DNA from: Lytechinus pictus
Taxonomy: Eukaryota
Direction of reading: 5' to 3'
Assembly: GCF_037042905.1 (NCBI RefSeq)
Contig: NC_087245.1
Location: 38,690,001-38,754,000 of the forward strand
Length of the DNA stretch: 64,000 nucleotides
The notes under the pieces were generated by a model. It was given only the letters and a program-made list of their open reading frames with translations. It was not told the DNA's origin and ran no database searches. Positions 63,801-64,000 of the stretch are shown here, one piece after another (within the stretch, counting starts at the first letter, position 1; each line of letters starts with the position of its first letter). The position numbers were made by a program, and so were the translations under genes.

Positions 63801-63893
63801 AGGGCGACGTTAGGTCACGTCTTAGAACACCCTTACTTTGCGGACATTCACCACTATGGAGGAAGCAGAGACATGCACAGTATCAGTAGGTGA
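51744..63893 (+). CDS. CLK2: CDC-like (LAMMER) dual-specificity kinase, CLK2/Doa-like, 478 aa (495 aa with exon 1)
   Basis: Join: 51744-51892, 53021-53210, 54572-54665, 55274-55343, 57329-57442, 57980-58070, 59050-59125, 59737-59831, 60160-60289, 60803-60885, 61935-62014, 63629-63893 (1437 nt). RS-rich N-terminus, [43 protein letters not shown]. Confidence 0.96.
53021..53210 (+). CDS. CLK2: CLK exon 3
   Basis: [11 protein letters not shown]...RRRSDSYST. Confidence 0.92.
54572..54665 (+). CDS. CLK2: CLK exon 4 (94 nt, frameshifting cassette)
   Basis: [31 protein letters not shown]. Confidence 0.92.
55274..55343 (+). CDS. CLK2: CLK exon 5
   Basis: [18 protein letters not shown]. Confidence 0.95.
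56354..56765. mobile_element. Foldback Harbinger-like MITE, almost wholly palindromic
   Basis: ggcccgaattcacaatggtggttttgaaaaccc ... gggttttcaaaaccacctttgtgaatttgggcc. Confidence 0.85.
57329..57442 (+). CDS. CLK2: CLK exon 6
   Basis: [26 protein letters not shown]. Confidence 0.95.
57980..58070 (+). CDS. CLK2: CLK exon 7
   Basis: [30 protein letters not shown]. Confidence 0.96.
58428..59017. mobile_element. Kolobok-like MITE with TTAA TSD; relatives near 2340-2560 and 21900-22128
   Basis: ttaa|aggagaatgaaac ... gtttcattcgcct|ttaa. Confidence 0.85.
59050..59125 (+). CDS. CLK2: CLK exon 8
   Basis: [25 protein letters not shown]. Confidence 0.95.
59306..59616. mobile_element. Harbinger-like MITE
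   Basis: ttt|ggcccgtattctgaagtc ... gacttcagaatacaggcc|ttt. Confidence 0.8.
59737..59831 (+). CDS. CLK2: CLK exon 9
   Basis: [19 protein letters not shown]. Confidence 0.96.
60160..60289 (+). CDS. CLK2: CLK exon 10
   Basis: [33 protein letters not shown]. Confidence 0.96.
60803..60885 (+). CDS. CLK2: CLK exon 11
   Basis: [28 protein letters not shown]. Confidence 0.96.
61935..62014 (+). CDS. CLK2: CLK exon 12
   Basis: [16 protein letters not shown]. Confidence 0.97.
62056..63312. mobile_element. Cluster of abutting Harbinger-like MITEs
   Basis: 62056-62532 (internally duplicated copy of the 5668 family), 62534-62696, about 62697-62830, 62983-63118, about 63120-63312; most show G-rich/C-rich TIRs. 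Confidence 0.7.
63629..63893 (+). CDS. CLK2: CLK last coding exon
   Basis: [29 protein letters not shown]...HPYF...RDMHSISR*. Confidence 0.95.
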
Positions 63894-64000
63894 CGCTAGG
63901 CCATACTAACAGAGACTCTTATTTTCTTTTAGCTTTCCCCTTCTTTCCATTCTTATTTATTTTCATTTTCAGATATGAAAGTGAAATCTTTTTTGCCCCT

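Overview
AT-rich, intron-rich eukaryotic (animal) genomic DNA. The repeat landscape suggests an echinoderm, probably a sea urchin, but this is inference. Two spliced protein-coding genes lie head-to-head. (1) Minus strand: a 16-exon C8orf34-like gene with an N-terminal RIIa/Dpy-30-type D/D domain, ATG 32462 to TAG 6173, about 537 aa. (2) Plus strand: a CLK/LAMMER kinase with 12 certain coding exons (51744-63893, 478 aa) plus a probable first exon ending at 47948. I assembled both by hand with consistent GT-AG phases. Most ORFs in the supplied track are spurious. The most striking structure is a 7.8-kb foldback/Mutator-like element (32619-40406) with a perfect 9-bp TSD, inserted about 157 bp upstream of the C8orf34-like ATG. 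It contains a hAT-like element, a Tc1/mariner-like element, and a Penelope-like hairpin carrying a minimal hammerhead-ribozyme motif. The CLK keeps the frameshifting autoregulatory exon known from vertebrates, has a leader with four AUGs, and shows an unusual APE-to-ALE change. The rest is SINEs, MITEs (Kolobok-, Harbinger- and hAT-like), a Helentron-type element, LINE remnants, microsatellites and a 42-bp minisatellite. No tools were used, so family assignments come from terminal motifs and remembered family signatures only.
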